Source: Nitrospirales bacterium
Lineage (GTDB): Bacteria > Nitrospirota > Nitrospiria > Nitrospirales > Nitrospiraceae
Length of the DNA: 64,000 bases
Direction: 5' to 3'
Assembly: GCA_965223605.1 (NCBI GenBank)
Contig: CBDCXA010000005.1
Coordinates: 254,473-318,472 of the forward strand
The notes below the pieces were generated by a model, which ran no database searches, had not been told where the DNA came from, and was given only the letters and a program-made list of their open reading frames with translations. Below are positions 46,555 to 55,886 of the stretch, piece by piece (positions within the stretch are counted from its first letter, which is position 1; each line of letters starts with the position of its first letter). The position numbers and the translations under genes were made by a program.

Positions 46555-48591
46555 ATGGGCACATTTGAGGTTGAGCAATTCCTATTAGAAACCATTCAAT
46601 CCCTTCTGGGATCTAAAAGTTCGCGCGAATTTTCGGAGATTCTGACCAACCGGCTGAAACGTTTCTTTTCCTTCGAAACAGCAGGCCTGTATCTCTACAC
46701 ACCAGCATCCGATTCAATGACCCCCGTATCCAGTTTTTTAAAGGACCCTAAATCGCTTGGATACCAAGTCACCCAACTACCTCCAGAAGGTACCATTAAG
46801 CTTGAAGCAGCCCGATCCGGATCGACCCTCCTCTGTCAAGACCTCTTTGCCTCCGAGTGGACCGAAAAAAAAATCTTAACGGAACATATGTCTGCCTGCT
46901 CTCTTCTTGTGGCACCACTCCAGATCCAACCCCGCAAAGATGATGCGGGTTCCTCACGAACTCTGGCGGTGATGTTTGTAGCTCAACCAGCCAGCCATGC
47001 TTTTACAGAAGAACAACGCCAGTTACTTGATCGGATCGCCCGCTATATCGCTCCAGTTTTACACATGGTGTTGACTGGAGAAGAACGTACGGTCCTTCGT
47101 GCTATTAGTGCCAGGTTGGTGTTAGGAACCGTGACCCTCGAAGGGATTATTCCCGCAGTCAAGGATTTAATCAGGCAGGTCATTCCCCACGATCAAACGT
47201 GTTTGGTTCAATTTACGAATAAGGAAGATAGTCCCTGGTTTGACATTCTCTATCAAGAAGGAAACCTCATTGACTTGGAACAGCTCCGATCATTTCCCAT
47301 TGAACAGATGGCACCGACAGTCATGCAACGCACCGGAGCCCCGGTTCTTATTTCCGGACATCAGAACAAACCGTTTCCGGAAATGGCGTATTTTGAATCC
47401 ATCGGAATTTATTCAGGCATGCTCTTACCCTTATTTGTGACGAAACGACTTTTTGGATTCTTGGCGATTGGCAGTAGTCGTCGTCATGCCTTTTCTGAGT
47501 ATGACCTCGGCATTGCGGAACAGGTGGGTTTACATTTGTCGCAAGCGATCGCCAATATTCTCGCCTATGAAGAAATCCATGCCTTAAAAGAACAACTTCA
47601 GCGAGAAAATACCATCCTGCGGGAAGAGCAAACGCCTCCCATTAATTTACGAGAAGTCGTGGGAACAAGCCCCGCACTTCAACGTACCCTCAAAGCCATT
47701 GAGCAAGTCGCCCCAACTGACTCAACCGTTTTGATCACCGGAGAAACCGGCACGGGAAAGGAATTGGTGGCGCAAGCTATCCATCGTCTCTCAGAAAGAA
47801 GGGAACGCCCTCTCTTTAAAATGAATTGTGCTGCCCTCACCCCCTCGTTGATTGAATCGGAATTATTCGGTCATGAGAAGGGAGCATTCACTGGAGCCGC
47901 ACAACGAAAAATAGGAAGATTTGAAGTGGCTGATGGCGGCACGTTATTTTTAGACGAAGTGGGAGAAATCCCCTTGGAATTACAAGCCAAACTCCTCCGT
48001 GTGTTGGAGAGTCAAGAAATTGAACGTATTGGAGGGACAACGACGTTGCATTTAAACGTTCGAGTGATCGCCGCAACAAATCAAAATTTACTGTCGGCTG
48101 TGCAGGCGGGTCGGTTTCGAGCGGACCTCTATTATCGACTCAAAGTTTTTCCTATCGAGATTCCACCACTTCGTGACCGGCAGGGTGATGTTCCCATGCT
48201 GGCTCAACATTTTGTCAAAAAATATTCAGGACAATATCGAAAGTCGCTCACCGGGATCACCCCTGATACGCTCAAAGCCCTCAATTCCTATTCATGGCCA
48301 GGCAATGTTCGGGAACTCCAACATGTCATCGAACGTGCGGTGATCTTATCCCATGAAACATCTCTCACACATGAATTGCTCGAACCCCAAATTTCCACCA
48401 GACAGGTCCATGACTCATCCAACGAAGGAACCAGTCTCGCCGATGCCGAACGCACGCATATCCTTCATGCCCTACAAGAAACTAATTGGGTCCTGGCTGG
48501 CCCCAACGGTGCCGCCACCCGGTTAGGCTTAAAGCGTTCGACCCTCCAACATCGAATGAAAAAACTCGGTATCACCCGCGCCTCTTCATAA
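46555..48591 (+). CDS. sigma-54-dependent transcriptional activator with N-terminal GAF-like sensory region (FhlA-like)
   Basis: 678 aa. AAA+ core ([27 protein letters not shown] with [14 protein letters not shown]), and a C-terminal Fis-type HTH ([21 protein letters not shown]). Confidence 0.9.
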   Translation: MGTFEVEQFLLETIQSLLGSKSSREFSEILTNRLKRFFSFETAGLYLYTPASDSMTPVSSFLKDPKSLGYQVTQLPPEGTIKLEAARSGSTLLCQDLFASEWTEKKILTEHMSACSLLVAPLQIQPRKDDAGSSRTLAVMFVAQPASHAFTEEQRQLLDRIARYIAPVLHMVLTGEERTVLRAISARLVLGTVTLEGIIPAVKDLIRQVIPHDQTCLVQFTNKEDSPWFDILYQEGNLIDLEQLRSFPIEQMAPTVMQRTGAPVLISGHQNKPFPEMAYFESIGIYSGMLLPLFVTKRLFGFLAIGSSRRHAFSEYDLGIAEQVGLHLSQAIANILAYEEIHALKEQLQRENTILREEQTPPINLREVVGTSPALQRTLKAIEQVAPTDSTVLITGETGTGKELVAQAIHRLSERRERPLFKMNCAALTPSLIESELFGHEKGAFTGAAQRKIGRFEVADGGTLFLDEVGEIPLELQAKLLRVLESQEIERIGGTTTLHLNVRVIAATNQNLLSAVQAGRFRADLYYRLKVFPIEIPPLRDRQGDVPMLAQHFVKKYSGQYRKSLTGITPDTLKALNSYSWPGNVRELQHVIERAVILSHETSLTHELLEPQISTRQVHDSSNEGTSLADAERTHILHALQETNWVLAGPNGAATRLGLKRSTLQHRMKKLGITRASS

Positions 48592-48736
48592 CCGCCTGTC
48601 CTTGGTCACCCATATTTGGGCAGACTGCCCATTGGCCGTCAGCATTCTTTATGAATGGTGCGGCCTGATCTTTTCTCAGGATTAATTTTTCTTTTAAATA
48701 CCTTTCATTTCATTGTTTTCATCTCATGGATATACA

Positions 48737-48752
48737 CGGCATCATCTGTGCT
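48737..48752 (+). promoter_or_regulatory. candidate sigma-54 (-24/-12) promoter
   Basis: CGGCATcatctGTGCT has GG (48738-39) and GC (48750-51) at the canonical 10-nt spacing, compared with the consensus TGGCAC-N5-TTGCW. It lies downstream of the activator gene and upstream of the ORF plus ABC exporter genes. Confidence 0.4.
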
Positions 48753-48766
48753 TACGTTGAAGTTTC

Positions 48767-49210
48767 ATGAACAACGGCCACCAACCATATGGACCACTGG
48801 ACATAGCTCAATGCGTCCAGCGATTCCTTGATACCCGATTGAAAAAGGTTGCCCCTCATGATGATTGGTCCTGGTGTGAGAAGAATTTTACTTGGTGTGG
48901 CGATCTGCTGGATTTTCTCATCCAGGGACTCCCGTCGTATACCCAAACCTTAGGGTTTACCTTCCAAGATCCTTTTCCAGGCCTGTTTCGTTTGTGGGAT
49001 GAAGATCAGTTTCCAGATGGGACCCACCTCAGAAGATTTTGGACCACAGCCTTGAACTGTTCTGACAGGAGTCCTGTAGCCATTGTCCAGACGCATTTTT
49101 ATCATCGTCATGATCAGGTGGCCTTACCTCATCCCATCCGTATTCGAGGAATGAGTCCAGCTACCTTTCATAACCCTAACGGTACGTCCCATGAATTACA
49201 TTGCCCTTAA
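48767..49210 (+). CDS. hypothetical protein (weak call)
   Basis: 147-aa ORF with no obvious SD and no recognised family. Its end overlaps the listed start of the ABC permease. Confidence 0.35.
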   Translation: MNNGHQPYGPLDIAQCVQRFLDTRLKKVAPHDDWSWCEKNFTWCGDLLDFLIQGLPSYTQTLGFTFQDPFPGLFRLWDEDQFPDGTHLRRFWTTALNCSDRSPVAIVQTHFYHRHDQVALPHPIRIRGMSPATFHNPNGTSHELHCP

Positions 49211-50324
49211 AATGTTGTTTGGCGATCGCGCCAAATACTTAATGCTCCTTTGTGGGCTCACCTTTGCCGTGATGCTCATCGTGCAACAGGGATCCATTTT
49301 TTGGGGACTCATGACCTGGTCCCAATCTGGCGTGAGCAACTTGAATGTACCGATCTGGGTCACCGATCCCAATATCAGCCAGGTCGAGGAAGTCAAACCG
49401 CTGCCTGATACCACGGTTGATCGGGTGAGAAGTATTCCGGGGGTGGAGTGGGCTGTGCCTTTGTACAAAGGGATCCTTCGTGCCCGCCTCGCCAGTGGCG
49501 ATTTTCATCGGCTCTCCATGCTGGGCTTGGATTCCGCCACACTCATTGGTAGACCGGCTACCATGTTAGAAGGGCACATTGAAGACCTACGTCAACCCGA
49601 TGCGGTGGTGTTGGATCAATGGGCGATTGAACGAATGGGAGGACCTGACATTGTTCATGTAGGAAGCACTTTTGAAATCAACGACAAGAAGGCACGGGTT
49701 GTCGGCATTGCCGCCACACAAAAAGATTTTCAAAACATCCCGGCCGTGTATACCACCTTCGAACGAGCACTCGCCTATGCCCCTCCGGAACGGAGGACCC
49801 TCTCCTATGTCTTGGCTAAACCACAAGAAGGTCTCCCAATTCTTGAGGTCACCCGTCGAATCAGAGACACGACAGGATTAGGAGCCTTTACCGCTGAAGA
49901 GTTTGGCAATAAAACGATCGCCTGGGTCTTAAAAAATACAGGGATCGGCGTCAATTTTGGCACGACAATTTTGCTAGGTTTTATTGTTGGAATGGCCATT
50001 TCGGGACAAACCTTTTATCTCTTTACGGTTGAAAATCTCAAACAATTTGGTGCCCTCAAAGCGATGGGAACATCCACAGCGACGCTAGCCCGTATGATAA
50101 TCCTTCAAGCCTTTACGGTGGGCTTGATTGCCTTTGGGATTGGCGTCGGCCTCGCCACCCTCTTTGGTCAATTGGCGGCATCAGGTGGGACCTTGCCCTT
50201 TGTCGAAACGTGGCCCCTCTTGCTCCTGGTCCTGATCGCCCTTTTAGGTATTTGTACCTTGTCCGCGTCTATCAGCATCTTGAAACTGATCAAACTAGAA
50301 CCTGCAGTCGTTTTCCGAGGATAA
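49191..50324 (+). CDS. ABC exporter permease, FtsX-like (MacB/DevC-type)
   Basis: 377 aa: N-terminal TM helix, a large periplasmic domain, and a C-terminal FtsX four-helix region. An alternative start is at 49212. Confidence 0.85.
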   Translation: MNYIALKMLFGDRAKYLMLLCGLTFAVMLIVQQGSIFWGLMTWSQSGVSNLNVPIWVTDPNISQVEEVKPLPDTTVDRVRSIPGVEWAVPLYKGILRARLASGDFHRLSMLGLDSATLIGRPATMLEGHIEDLRQPDAVVLDQWAIERMGGPDIVHVGSTFEINDKKARVVGIAATQKDFQNIPAVYTTFERALAYAPPERRTLSYVLAKPQEGLPILEVTRRIRDTTGLGAFTAEEFGNKTIAWVLKNTGIGVNFGTTILLGFIVGMAISGQTFYLFTVENLKQFGALKAMGTSTATLARMIILQAFTVGLIAFGIGVGLATLFGQLAASGGTLPFVETWPLLLLVLIALLGICTLSASISILKLIKLEPAVVFRG

Positions 50325-50327
50325 GAC

Positions 50328-51059
50328 ATGTCAGAGACAACGCCTTCTCCAGATCACAACCTCGCGATACAAAGTCGCGGTATCATCAAGTCCTTTGGAA
50401 CAGGTGATACCAAAATCACGGTACTGAAATCGATTGATCTTGATGTGTATTTTGGGGAACTGTTGCTCCTCGTTGGAGAATCGGGTGGCGGGAAAACAAC
50501 ATTGCTCTCAGCACTCAGTGGAATTTTGGACATTGATGAAGGGGAAATTGAGGTGCTTGGGACTTCTCTGACCTCCCTCTCCCATGCCAAGAAAACCAAA
50601 TTCCGTGGGCAGCATATGGGATTCGTCTACCAGCAATTTAATCTCTTACCGGCCCTCACAGCCGCAGAGAATGTGGCCGTTCCTCTTTTAATCCACGGAA
50701 TGGGAAAAGCCCCGGCTCTCCAAAAAGCCCGTGCCATGTTAGAACAGGTCGATCTTGGAGACCGAACGGAATTTCTCCCAAAAAATCTCTCTGGCGGGCA
50801 ACAACAACGCGTGGCGATTGCGCGGGCTCTCGTGAATGAACCTCGCCTCTTGATTTGTGATGAACCCACTGCCGCCTTGGACGGGGCCAATGGTCAAAAA
50901 ATTATGGCCATTCTACGGGATGTTGGGCTCTCCAAAGATCGCGCTGTCATTATTGTGACCCATGACAGTCGTGTCTTTCATTATGGAGATCGTATGGCAG
51001 AACTTACTGACGGTCGAATCGTCGGCATTCGCACGATCGAAAAGGAAGGCAGAGCATGA
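50328..51059 (+). CDS. ABC transporter ATP-binding protein (MacB/LolD/DevA-type)
   Basis: Walker A GESGGGKTT, signature LSGGQQQRVAIARAL and Walker B LLICDEPT. Confidence 0.95.
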   Translation: MSETTPSPDHNLAIQSRGIIKSFGTGDTKITVLKSIDLDVYFGELLLLVGESGGGKTTLLSALSGILDIDEGEIEVLGTSLTSLSHAKKTKFRGQHMGFVYQQFNLLPALTAAENVAVPLLIHGMGKAPALQKARAMLEQVDLGDRTEFLPKNLSGGQQQRVAIARALVNEPRLLICDEPTAALDGANGQKIMAILRDVGLSKDRAVIIVTHDSRVFHYGDRMAELTDGRIVGIRTIEKEGRA

Positions 51060-52081
51060 TTGTTCTGAAGCGAGTGAGTCTTTGGCTCTCCTTGGCAGGG
51101 ATCGTGATCACCATTGCGGTGTTGGCCACAGCGCAAAAACATCAACCGATGCCTGACCCCATTGCACCGCCGCCACATACATCCTTTGAAACCACGGTGG
51201 CCGCCTCGGGCATTATCGAGGCCGTCAATGAAAACGTCCGCATTGCTCCACCCGTCGCTGGTTTGATTACAGAGGTATTCGTTCAGGTTGGTGATCAAGT
51301 TGGAACAGGGAAGCCCCTGTTTCAACTTGATGACCGAGCCCTGCGCGCACAACTTTTGACCCGAGAGGCCGCCATTCCGACTTCCCAAGCACGAATTGCT
51401 GAGCAAGCCGCCAAGGTTGAAGACCTCCGTATCCAATATCTGCGTTTGAAAAATATAAAAGATCAACGAGCCGTGAGCGACGATACGATGAAGCGTACCT
51501 GGTATGCCTATCAGGGTGCAAAACGGGGACTCGGACGGGCCCGGGCAGAATTGAATCAGGCCAAAGCCCAACGGGAGGAAACCAAAAGGCTTCTAGACAG
51601 GCTGACCGTAACAGCGCCACGCGAAGGGACAGTACTTCAAGTCAACATTCGCTCAGGAGAATATGCTATGCCTGGCGGAACGGAACCTCTCATTCTACTC
51701 GGAGATACGAATCAACTCCAGGTGCGTGCAGACGTTGATGAAGTCAATGCACCCTTAATCACACCGGGAACTTCAGCCATTGCCTACCCAAAAGGCGCAA
51801 CGACCCAACCCATTCAATTAACCTTTGTGCGTATTGAACCCTACATCATTCCGAAGAAATCCCTGACCGGGGACAATCGAGAACGGGTGGACACCCGTGT
51901 GCTCCAGATTATCTACCGGTTCTCTCCTCCCTCGTTCCCGGTGTATACCGGACAACAGGTTGACGTGTTTATTCAACGAGAACCGAATGGTCCATCCGCG
52001 AAAAAAACAACAGGGACAGCTACAGATCACAAGAAGACGACAACTGACCATCAGAAGACTGACCGCGAGCCCAATCCATGA
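51056..52081 (+). CDS. HlyD-family periplasmic adaptor (membrane fusion protein)
   Basis: N-terminal TM helix, lipoyl-like VAGLITEVFVQVGDQVGTGKPLFQLD, a coiled-coil hairpin and a beta-barrel. The tail has DHKKTT/DHQKT repeats. Confidence 0.85.
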   Translation: MIVLKRVSLWLSLAGIVITIAVLATAQKHQPMPDPIAPPPHTSFETTVAASGIIEAVNENVRIAPPVAGLITEVFVQVGDQVGTGKPLFQLDDRALRAQLLTREAAIPTSQARIAEQAAKVEDLRIQYLRLKNIKDQRAVSDDTMKRTWYAYQGAKRGLGRARAELNQAKAQREETKRLLDRLTVTAPREGTVLQVNIRSGEYAMPGGTEPLILLGDTNQLQVRADVDEVNAPLITPGTSAIAYPKGATTQPIQLTFVRIEPYIIPKKSLTGDNRERVDTRVLQIIYRFSPPSFPVYTGQQVDVFIQREPNGPSAKKTTGTATDHKKTTTDHQKTDREPNP

Positions 52082-53577
52082 GCCCACTCGTCACTCAGAT
52101 CATACAAAGGAGCATTCTCTTCCTTCGAGGCTGTGTATTCACGCTCTGTTTGAGTGGCTGCCTCATGGGGCCGGACTATTCTCCTCCCGAGAGGCCAGCA
52201 CCGCCCACATGGGGCTCCGTTGATGACGCCTCTAAGGATGGTGGACAGATGCTTTCGACCGCAAGCCTTCCTGAGGCCCGCTGGTGGGAAGCCTTTCAGA
52301 ATCCAGAACTCAACCGACTGATTGAACGGGGGCTTATTCAAAATCATGAAATACGACAAGCCGCCGCTCGTGTGATGGAGGGTCGTGCGGCTTTGATAGC
52401 TGCCGGAGCAAGTCTCTATCCACAAGCCAATGTGGGCGGAAGCTATACGAGAGTCCGTCGGTCAGAAACCATTCTGGTCGCTCCCACTGGTGGGTCACCC
52501 CAAGGTTTTGCCCCTCCAGGAGCCACCTTTGATATTTGGGACTCGGTCCTCGACCTGAGCTGGGAACTCGACCTCTGGGGACGGATTCGTCGAGGACAAG
52601 AAGCGGCAGAAGCCCAGGCATTCGGGACCGAGTACGCTCACCGTGGGGTGATACTCTCCTTGATTAGCGATATTGGAGAGGCCTACTTCCGACTACGAGC
52701 CTTGGATGAGGAAATAGACATCGTTAAAAAAAACCTGGCTCTGAGAAAAGATGCGCTCGCCATCATTCGAAGTCGTGTGCACGTGGGACTGGGATCGGAA
52801 TTGGACGTCCAGCGTGCCGAAGTTCTTGTAGCAGAAACCGCGTCGGAATTACCCGCCTTACAGCGCCTTCGCACCCTACAACTCCACCAACTTGAAGTGC
52901 TGGTTGGTGATTCCCCGCAATCTCTTGTCCTGGAATCCAAGGCCCTCCGACAGGTCATTACACAGCCACAAATTCCCATTGGACTGCCCTCGCAACTCCT
53001 GGAGCGACGACCGGATATTCTAGAAACCGAACAGCAACTCATCGCAGCCAATGCGCGAATAGGGGAAGCCCGAGCTCACTTCTTTCCCTCTCTTTCCATC
53101 ACGGGACAAGGAGGATTCCAATCCAGCCAATTTACACAATGGTTTCAAGCAGGCAGCCACACCTATAGTATCGGCCCCTCGGTGACCTTACCTATTTTTC
53201 AGGGAGGTACTAATGTGGCACGACTGCAGGTGGCCAAGTCCCGACATATCCAAATGTTAGAACGGTATCAACAGACTATTCTTCAGGCATTCCGTGAGGT
53301 GAGTGACCTATTGGTCTCGCTTCAACGAAGGACGGAACAGCGTGAACAACAGCGTGAACAAGTCGGGGCCGCCCAATTGGCCTTCGAATTGGCCACTCTT
53401 CGCTATCAAGAAGGGCTCGTGACCTTTCTTGATGTGGTAGAAGCACACCGAACCGTACTCATAGCTGAAACACAATTACTCCAAACGGAACAAGCACGTC
53501 TCACGGATATGGTGAGCCTCTTTAAGGCCTTAGGCGGGGGCTGGCATCAAGACTCCGAATCCATGCTCGCTAGTTAG
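52078..53577 (+). CDS. NodT-family outer membrane factor lipoprotein
   Basis: Lipobox LCLSGCL followed by MGPDYSPPE. WW..F.D..L and two OEP repeats. Confidence 0.9.
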   Translation: MSPLVTQIIQRSILFLRGCVFTLCLSGCLMGPDYSPPERPAPPTWGSVDDASKDGGQMLSTASLPEARWWEAFQNPELNRLIERGLIQNHEIRQAAARVMEGRAALIAAGASLYPQANVGGSYTRVRRSETILVAPTGGSPQGFAPPGATFDIWDSVLDLSWELDLWGRIRRGQEAAEAQAFGTEYAHRGVILSLISDIGEAYFRLRALDEEIDIVKKNLALRKDALAIIRSRVHVGLGSELDVQRAEVLVAETASELPALQRLRTLQLHQLEVLVGDSPQSLVLESKALRQVITQPQIPIGLPSQLLERRPDILETEQQLIAANARIGEARAHFFPSLSITGQGGFQSSQFTQWFQAGSHTYSIGPSVTLPIFQGGTNVARLQVAKSRHIQMLERYQQTILQAFREVSDLLVSLQRRTEQREQQREQVGAAQLAFELATLRYQEGLVTFLDVVEAHRTVLIAETQLLQTEQARLTDMVSLFKALGGGWHQDSESMLAS

Positions 53578-53708
53578 GTGAGTCACCCCATCTCAGGCTG
53601 CCTTTTGCGCCTCTACAAATAACTGACCCTCTTGATGAAATATCAAAGCCCGCTGCCGATTGTTGAGAAAAACATCTGCGAGGCATCACATGTTCTCTAC
53701 TCTATGCT

Positions 53709-54536
53709 ATGATCATGGATATGGAAACGTTAGATCTTCCCCCGGCGACACTTCTTGCATCCTGTAAACAAATTGCCACGGATGTAGCCATTCAAGCCGG
53801 GGGCATCTTGCAGAGCTATGCCGAACAAGGTTTTCGCATCGAATACAAAGACGCGGTCAACCTCGTGACTGATGCCGATAAACGGTCTGAAGAGGTTATC
53901 ATTTCGACATTACGATCCCAATTTCCCGATCACCAAATTCTAGCCGAGGAAGCAGGGCTCACCACCACAAGCTCTTCTCCCTTTAAGTGGATTATCGACC
54001 CCTTAGACGGAACGACAAATTTCTCCCATCGTTTCCCGGCCTATTGTGTCTCCATTGGATTAGAATTTAAGGGGCAGCCCATCTTGGGTGTGATCTTCGA
54101 TCCGACCCGAGAAGAACTCTTTGTGGCGGAATCAGGTGGAGGGGCATTTCTGAACGATCAACCCATCCATGTCTCGAAGGCTCAACAGCTCAACAGCGCT
54201 CTCTTAGTCACTGGATTTGCCTATGACATCAGAGAAACCTCGAATAATAATTTGGATATGTTCACCAGAATGTCTTTAAAGGCTCAAGGCGTGCGTCGAA
54301 CTGGAACCGCAGCCCTTGATCTCTGTTATGTCGCATCCGGTCGATTTGACGGGTTTTGGGAAATGAAATTGAATCCCTGGGACACCGCTGCAGGAATCGT
54401 CATCGTCCAGGAAGCAGGGGGACAGGTCACGGATTACGCAGGAAAACCCTACTCAGTATATGGAAAGGAAATCGTGGCAAGTAATGGGACGATTCACCAG
54501 GCCATGTTAACCGAGCTCCAATCCAGAACCCGGTAA
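53709..54536 (+). CDS. inositol monophosphatase family protein (SuhB-like)
   Basis: ILAEE, WIIDPLDGTTNF and WDTAAG motifs. Confidence 0.9.
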   Translation: MIMDMETLDLPPATLLASCKQIATDVAIQAGGILQSYAEQGFRIEYKDAVNLVTDADKRSEEVIISTLRSQFPDHQILAEEAGLTTTSSSPFKWIIDPLDGTTNFSHRFPAYCVSIGLEFKGQPILGVIFDPTREELFVAESGGGAFLNDQPIHVSKAQQLNSALLVTGFAYDIRETSNNNLDMFTRMSLKAQGVRRTGTAALDLCYVASGRFDGFWEMKLNPWDTAAGIVIVQEAGGQVTDYAGKPYSVYGKEIVASNGTIHQAMLTELQSRTR

Positions 54537-54548
54537 CGGAGAGAGAAG

Positions 54549-55877
54549 TCAGTAAAAGGAATCCAACTGACCTTGTGCGCGAGCAAGGTTAATCCGAGCG
54601 GCATGAAAGTTTGACAGGGCTTCGATGACATTATCGCGGGCCCGCGCGACCGACGTTTGGGCGTTCGTCACTTCGACGTTATTCGCAACACCCACCACAA
54701 ATCGTTCTCGGGAAAGCTTGAGTTCCTTTAAGGAAAGCTTCAGACCCTCTTCAGCGACCAGGACCTGCTTCTGTGTGGAGGAAATCGTCAGGAGGGCATC
54801 CTGCACCTCTAGGGTCACTTGATCCGCAATGTCTTTCGATCGAATTTGTTCTTGCCTGACTTTACTACGTTCTTCTGAAATGCGCCCTCCTAATTGACCA
54901 CCAGCATAAATCGGAATCGACATGGAGAGACCTCCCGTCCAGGACGCATCCACCCGATCGATTTTATTGCCGACAAATCCATAGTCACCAGAAAACGACA
55001 GCGACGGCAAGCGTTCATTGGAAACAGACCGAAGGGTCAAATTGGCTAATTTCTCTCGACGACGTTGAGCTTCAAGTTCGACACGCTGTGCCCGTGCCCG
55101 CTCCAAGGCTTCCCGGGAGGACTGCTCTTGAATATCAACCAGCTTCAATTGGTCAGTAAGAATGAGGTTCACCGCAAAATTGATTCCGATGGCTCGAATC
55201 AGGGTGAGTTTTGCTCGTTCACGAGCATTTTGGGCCACCAGCAATCGTTGGCGCTCATTCTCGACCTGAACTTGGGCACGGGTGACATCTAACCCGGTCG
55301 CAACTCCAGCCGCCTTACGATCTTGTGCTAAATCAAGCAATTGTTGATTCAGAGCAAAATTCGCCTCGCTGGCCTTCACAGCGGCATCGGCGCGTAACGC
55401 ATCCGTGTAGAGTAACCCGACCGTCGCCATGGTATCTCGCCTTGAGACTTCAGCATCCAGTTCCGCCACTTCAATCCCTGCCTTCGCCGCTCGCCATTTT
55501 TGAATGAGGCTCAAATTAAACAGACTTTGTGTCAAGGTGCCCCGTGCATCGAACAAATTAAACGGGCCGACAATTCGTCGTCCTCCCGAGCCAAATGTCC
55601 CACCAAAAAAGGTTCGGCGTGTACCGCTTAATGCTCCTGACAGGTTTGGTAACAAAGGCGCTCGTTCCGTCTCGGCAATACCGTGAGCCTCCTGAATCCG
55701 TTCTTTAAATAGGCGGACTGACGGGTTATTGTCGACCGCCGCTTGAATGGCCTCGCGCACACTCAAACGCAGTTCCGGAAGTTCTGGTTCCGCGGCAAAA
55801 AGAGAAGTCGGCAGTCCCAAGACTCCCATGAGAATCAAAAGACATGCGGCATGATGTTGGTTAAATAATTTCTTCAT
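54549..55877 (-). CDS. TolC-family outer membrane protein
   Basis: 442 aa with a signal peptide and two OEP repeats. It is the last gene of the RND operon. Confidence 0.85.
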   Translation of the reverse strand: MKKLFNQHHAACLLILMGVLGLPTSLFAAEPELPELRLSVREAIQAAVDNNPSVRLFKERIQEAHGIAETERAPLLPNLSGALSGTRRTFFGGTFGSGGRRIVGPFNLFDARGTLTQSLFNLSLIQKWRAAKAGIEVAELDAEVSRRDTMATVGLLYTDALRADAAVKASEANFALNQQLLDLAQDRKAAGVATGLDVTRAQVQVENERQRLLVAQNARERAKLTLIRAIGINFAVNLILTDQLKLVDIQEQSSREALERARAQRVELEAQRRREKLANLTLRSVSNERLPSLSFSGDYGFVGNKIDRVDASWTGGLSMSIPIYAGGQLGGRISEERSKVRQEQIRSKDIADQVTLEVQDALLTISSTQKQVLVAEEGLKLSLKELKLSRERFVVGVANNVEVTNAQTSVARARDNVIEALSNFHAARINLARAQGQLDSFY

Positions 55878-55886
55878 AACATGTTT

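Noticed and set aside
50981-51571. 196-aa minus-strand ORF
   Set aside because: It is antisense to the ABC ATPase and HlyD adaptor genes, which are tightly coupled and well supported.
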